Assembly (NCBI GenBank): GCA_964633745.1
Contig: CAZWHZ010000004.1
Span: 1 to 50,998, forward strand
Reading direction: 5' to 3'
From: an uncultured Acidimicrobiia bacterium
GTDB lineage: Bacteria; Actinomycetota; Acidimicrobiia; Spongiisociales; UBA4744
DNA length: 50,998 bases
A model generated the notes under the pieces. That model saw only the letters and a program-made list of their open reading frames with translations, searched no databases and was not told the origin of the DNA. The translations under genes were made by a program, and so were the position numbers. This document shows, one piece after another, positions 47,790 to 50,998 of the stretch (position 1 is its first letter; each line of letters begins with the position of its first letter).

Positions 47790-49015
47790 GGAATCTCCAG
47801 TCTGTCGATCACTGCCTTTGCGGCATCCAATGTGGGTTCGATCGTGTACGGCTCGGCACCCGCCATGCCCGCGGCGCGCACCGCGGATGCGACGTCCTTG
47901 AGGCCGCTCCCCGTGTTGAGCACGACGACACTGTCCGACTCGGTCAGCACTCCCAGCTCACGCGCCTGAAGAAAGCCTGCGTAGGCGGCGGCACCCGCCG
48001 GTTCGCCGAACACGCCGCTCGCCCGGGCCATCTCCGGAATCGCATCGAGGATCTGATCATCCGACACGGTCACGTACGCGCCTTCCGTTTCCACGACCGC
48101 CGCCATCGCCTTGATGCGGTCGCGAGGAAGGCCGGCCGAGATCGAGTCGGCCACCGTCGTCGCTTCGATCGGCGGCTTGGTCAGCACGTCCTCGCCGTTG
48201 GCCCAGGCTTCGGCGAGGTAATTGCTCCCGGCTGCCTGAGCGCCGATCAATCGGGGCACCCGGCCGATCCAACCGAGTTCGAGAAGGTCCTTGAAGCCTT
48301 TGTGCAGCCCCCCGATGATGCATCCGTCTCCGACGCTCACAACGACGGCGTCGGGCACGTCCCAGCCGAGTTGCTCTGCGATCTCGTACGCCGCGGTCTT
48401 CTTGCCTTCGGTCATATACGGGTTGTAGGCCGTGTTGCGGTTGTACCAGCCGTACTCTCCCGCGACCTCGAGACACAGCTCGAATGCATCGTCGTAGGTG
48501 CCCTGAACCGTGAAGACGGTGGAACCGAACACGAGCAGCTGGGCGATCTTGGCTTGCGGAGCTGACGCCGGTACGAAGATCACGTTTCGCTGAGCGACCG
48601 AGGCACAGACCCCCGCCAGTGCAGCCGCCGCGTTCCCGGTTGATGCCGTCGTGACGACGTCGGCACCGCGTTCCGCCGCCTTCACAACAGCGATGGCACT
48701 CGCTCGATCCTTGAACGATGCGGTCGGCTCCCGTCCGTCGTCCTTGATCCACACACGTGAGTCGACTTCGTACATCGGCGTCCAGCCGATGCTGAGGGGT
48801 GGAACGACGGCGTCCTGTTGAATCGGCAGGAGCGGGCGGTACCGCCACATCGACCAGTCCGAGCCCAGATTGTCTCGATCGACGGTCGTGCGAAGGTCCT
48901 CGTAGTCGTAGACAACGTCGAGGATGCCTTCATTGCCGTGTTCCGGACAGACGTACTCGACTTCGTCCGGCTCGTACACCGTCCCGCAGATGACACAGCG
49001 AAGTCCGATGATCAT
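47786..49015 (-). CDS. Threonine-synthase-like PLP-dependent enzyme
   Basis: 409 aa from ATG 49015, which overlaps the arcC stop (ATGA). N-terminal C-x2-C...C-x2-H ribbon (CVICG...CPEHG), PLP-lysine motif TASFKDRAS, TASTGNAAAALA, and a C-terminal SGLKD. The 65-aa Arg/His-rich track extension is rejected. Confidence 0.8.
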   Translation of the reverse strand: MIIGLRCVICGTVYEPDEVEYVCPEHGNEGILDVVYDYEDLRTTVDRDNLGSDWSMWRYRPLLPIQQDAVVPPLSIGWTPMYEVDSRVWIKDDGREPTASFKDRASAIAVVKAAERGADVVTTASTGNAAAALAGVCASVAQRNVIFVPASAPQAKIAQLLVFGSTVFTVQGTYDDAFELCLEVAGEYGWYNRNTAYNPYMTEGKKTAAYEIAEQLGWDVPDAVVVSVGDGCIIGGLHKGFKDLLELGWIGRVPRLIGAQAAGSNYLAEAWANGEDVLTKPPIEATTVADSISAGLPRDRIKAMAAVVETEGAYVTVSDDQILDAIPEMARASGVFGEPAGAAAYAGFLQARELGVLTESDSVVVLNTGSGLKDVASAVRAAGMAGAEPYTIEPTLDAAKAVIDRLEIP

Positions 49016-49965
49016 CTCGTGATCCGTGTCCCTGTCTCGCCTCGCACCGCGCGCTCGATGTTCTCGGGGTTCGTGATGATGACCTCGGTGCCGCCGGCGT
49101 CGAGGTACATGATCGCCGCCTCGATCTTGGGCGCCATGCTTCCTTTGGAGAAGTGCACACCTTCGGCGAGGTACTGTCTCGCCTCCTCGACCGTCATCGA
49201 GTCCACCCAACGCTGTTCAGGGGTCCCCCAGTCGAGGGCGACCTGCTCCACCGCGGTTGAGATGAGCAGAAGATCTGCGCCAAGCTCCCCTGCCAGGAGC
49301 GCGGACGCGCGGTCCTTGTCGATCACCGCGGGAACACCTTTGAGCCAGCCGCCCGGTGCGGAAACAACGGGGATCCCACCACCGCCGACACAAATGACGG
49401 CCATGCCTCGTCCGAGCAGATCGCGAATGGCGTCGATCTCGACGATCCGTTTCGGCTGGGGAGACGCAACGACCCGCCGCCAGCCGCGGCCGGCGTCCTC
49501 CACGACCTCCCATCCGTCAGATATGCGTCGCCGTTCGGCGGTCTGTTCGTCCATGAACGATCCGATCGGCTTCGAGGGCTGATCGAAGGCAGGATCGGCA
49601 GCATCAACTTCGACCTGGGTGACCACGGTCGTGACGGTCTTGTCGATTCCAAGGGCGAGGAAGTCGTTGTAGAGGTTCTGTTGGAGGGCGTACCCGATCG
49701 CACCTTGGGTGTCGGCGCCACAGACGTCGAGGGGAACTTCGTGCAGTTCTCCCCGCGCGAGCTCGGATCGACGGAGTATGAACCCGACCTGCGGGCCGTT
49801 CCCGTGGGTGATCGCGACATCCCACCCTTCCTTGATCAATTCCGCTATGTGGTGGTCCGTCTCCCCCGCGGCTATGTACTGATCCTCGACTGTGGAATGC
49901 TCGCTGTCTCTGATCAACGAATTGCCGCCGATCGCCACCACCGCCAGTTTCGTGTTGCTCAACAC
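49012..49965 (-). CDS. arcC: Carbamate kinase
   Basis: 317 aa. VVAIGGNSL, THGNGPQVG, GGGGIPV, DKDRASALLA amino-acid-kinase / carbamate kinase motifs. Confidence 0.92.
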   Translation of the reverse strand: MLSNTKLAVVAIGGNSLIRDSEHSTVEDQYIAAGETDHHIAELIKEGWDVAITHGNGPQVGFILRRSELARGELHEVPLDVCGADTQGAIGYALQQNLYNDFLALGIDKTVTTVVTQVEVDAADPAFDQPSKPIGSFMDEQTAERRRISDGWEVVEDAGRGWRRVVASPQPKRIVEIDAIRDLLGRGMAVICVGGGGIPVVSAPGGWLKGVPAVIDKDRASALLAGELGADLLLISTAVEQVALDWGTPEQRWVDSMTVEEARQYLAEGVHFSKGSMAPKIEAAIMYLDAGGTEVIITNPENIERAVRGETGTRITR

Positions 49966-49991
49966 CGTCTCCTTCCGGAGGATGGCTCGAC

Positions 49992-50966
49992 CTACATGGT
50001 TAGTGCCATCACCGCTTTCTGTGCGTGCAGCCTGTTCTCCGCCTGGTCGAAGACGACGCTGTGTGGGCCGTCGATGACTCCGTCGGTGACTTCGACGTTC
50101 CGATCTGCCGGTAGGGGATGCATGTAGATGGCATCCTCGTCGGCAAGAGCCATCCGGCGTTCGTCGGTGATCCAGTCCGTGTACTTGTCGCCGATCGCTT
50201 TCGACTCCACTTCGTCGGTGGTGGTCAGCATCGCGCCCCAGCTCTTCGCGTACACCACGTCGGCACCACGGAACCCTTCATCGAAGTCCTCGATGATCTC
50301 GAACGAGCCGTGTGACCTGCGTGCGTTCTCCTCGGCTTGTGCGACGACCTCTGGCATCAGTTTGAACTCTGGCGGACGGGTCAACCTGACGTTCATCCCG
50401 AATCGCGTCGCCAGCAGGACGAGGCTCTGTGGGACACTCAGCGGCTTTTGGTAGCTGGATGCGTATGCGTAGCTCACATTGATCGTCCTGCCGCGAGGAT
50501 CACCCTTCTTCTCGATGATCGTCATCAGGTCGGCGAGGATCTGATGCGGGTGGTACATCTCGCACTGCATGTTGAGTACAGGAACCCTGCTTGCCTCCGC
50601 GACAGCTCGTTGGTACGCGTTGCCGACCCCCCAGTCGACCTGACGGATGGCGATACCGGCGCTGTAGCGACCGAGAATCTCACCGATTTCGGTGGCGGTG
50701 TCCCCATGACTGATCTGTGTCGTACGGGACTCCATGAACATTGCGTGACCGCCGAGCTGTGCCATCCCGGCTTCGAAACTCGCCCTCGTCCTGGTGCTCG
50801 AGAAGAAGAACAGCATCGCGAGCACTTTGTCGCGCAAGTACGCATGTGGCTCACCGAGCGCCTGCTTGCGCTTCAGATCGAGCGCGACATCCAGCACCGT
50901 GTCGATCTCGTCCTTGGTCCACTCCTGGGTCGTGATCATGTCCCGACCCCTCAATCCCGTCTGCAT
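49992..50966 (-). CDS. ygeW: YgeW-type (knotted) carbamoyltransferase
   Basis: 324 aa. STRTR carbamoyl-phosphate motif, GNAYQRAV, NMQCEMYHPHQILADL, YAYASSYQKPLSVPQSLVLLATRFGMNV, ADVVYAKSWG, YMHPLPADR. These blocks match my recollection of E. coli YgeW rather than OTC/ATC (HCLP is replaced by HPLP). AAGGAG is 7 nt upstream of the ATG. Confidence 0.82.
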   Translation of the reverse strand: MQTGLRGRDMITTQEWTKDEIDTVLDVALDLKRKQALGEPHAYLRDKVLAMLFFFSSTRTRASFEAGMAQLGGHAMFMESRTTQISHGDTATEIGEILGRYSAGIAIRQVDWGVGNAYQRAVAEASRVPVLNMQCEMYHPHQILADLMTIIEKKGDPRGRTINVSYAYASSYQKPLSVPQSLVLLATRFGMNVRLTRPPEFKLMPEVVAQAEENARRSHGSFEIIEDFDEGFRGADVVYAKSWGAMLTTTDEVESKAIGDKYTDWITDERRMALADEDAIYMHPLPADRNVEVTDGVIDGPHSVVFDQAENRLHAQKAVMALTM

Positions 50967-50980
50967 CGTTGGCTCCTTGC

Positions 50981-50998
50981 AGTCTTCAGTCTTCAGTC
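50981..50998. repeat. Tandem heptamer (AGTCTTC x ~2.6) at the window edge
   Basis: AGTCTTCAGTCTTCAGTC lies directly upstream (minus-strand sense) of the ygeW SD. It is truncated by the end of the window. Confidence 0.6.

Overview
High-GC, very gene-dense chromosomal window with about 50 protein-coding genes. I found no rRNA, tRNA, CRISPR array, transposase or integrase. All gene calls come from reading motifs by eye; no searches were run.

Positions 1-27.9 kb form one co-directional minus-strand housekeeping block: mltG, ruvX, alaS, rarA, aspS, hisS, an MBL hydrolase, rel, apt, secF/secD/yajC, tgt, queA, ruvBAC, yebC, pdxT/pdxS, and pimA-acyltransferase-pgsA. This order matches the conserved actinobacterial (Mycobacterium-type) synteny. 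The PI/PIM lipid genes also point to Actinomycetota, possibly an Acidimicrobiia-like lineage (inference).

Two parts are not ordinary:
1. A translationally coupled trio of prepilin-type (G|F-x-x-I-E) minor-pilin-like genes at 9.3-13.2 kb lies between the MBL hydrolase and rel. Two of the three are unusually large. No major pilin, prepilin peptidase, ATPase or platform gene is in the window.
2. A purine/ureide-type catabolic island spans 38.6-51.0 kb. It holds an adenosine/adenine deaminase, a COG0402 deaminase and a three-subunit molybdo-hydroxylase. It ends in a tightly coupled operon: YgeW-type carbamoyltransferase, carbamate kinase, ThrC-like PLP enzyme, TrpB/CysK-like PLP enzyme with extensions, and Zn-ADH. 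That gene combination differs from the E. coli ygeW-ygeX-ygeY-hyuA-yqeA arrangement, and I consider it the best candidate for an undescribed pathway.

Between pgsA and thrS sit an EF-G paralogue, a eukaryote-type citrate synthase and an MMPL transporter. Smaller oddities:
- an APH-fold protein whose catalytic motifs look degenerate
- two zinc-ribbon mini-proteins in front of a patatin-like lipase
- a poly-Thr linker in SecD
- an inverted array of GTACNNG heptads in a convergent intergenic region
- several strong hairpin terminators

Many ORF-track entries are N-terminally over-extended. I corrected starts where stop/start overlaps or Shine-Dalgarno motifs support a shorter gene.
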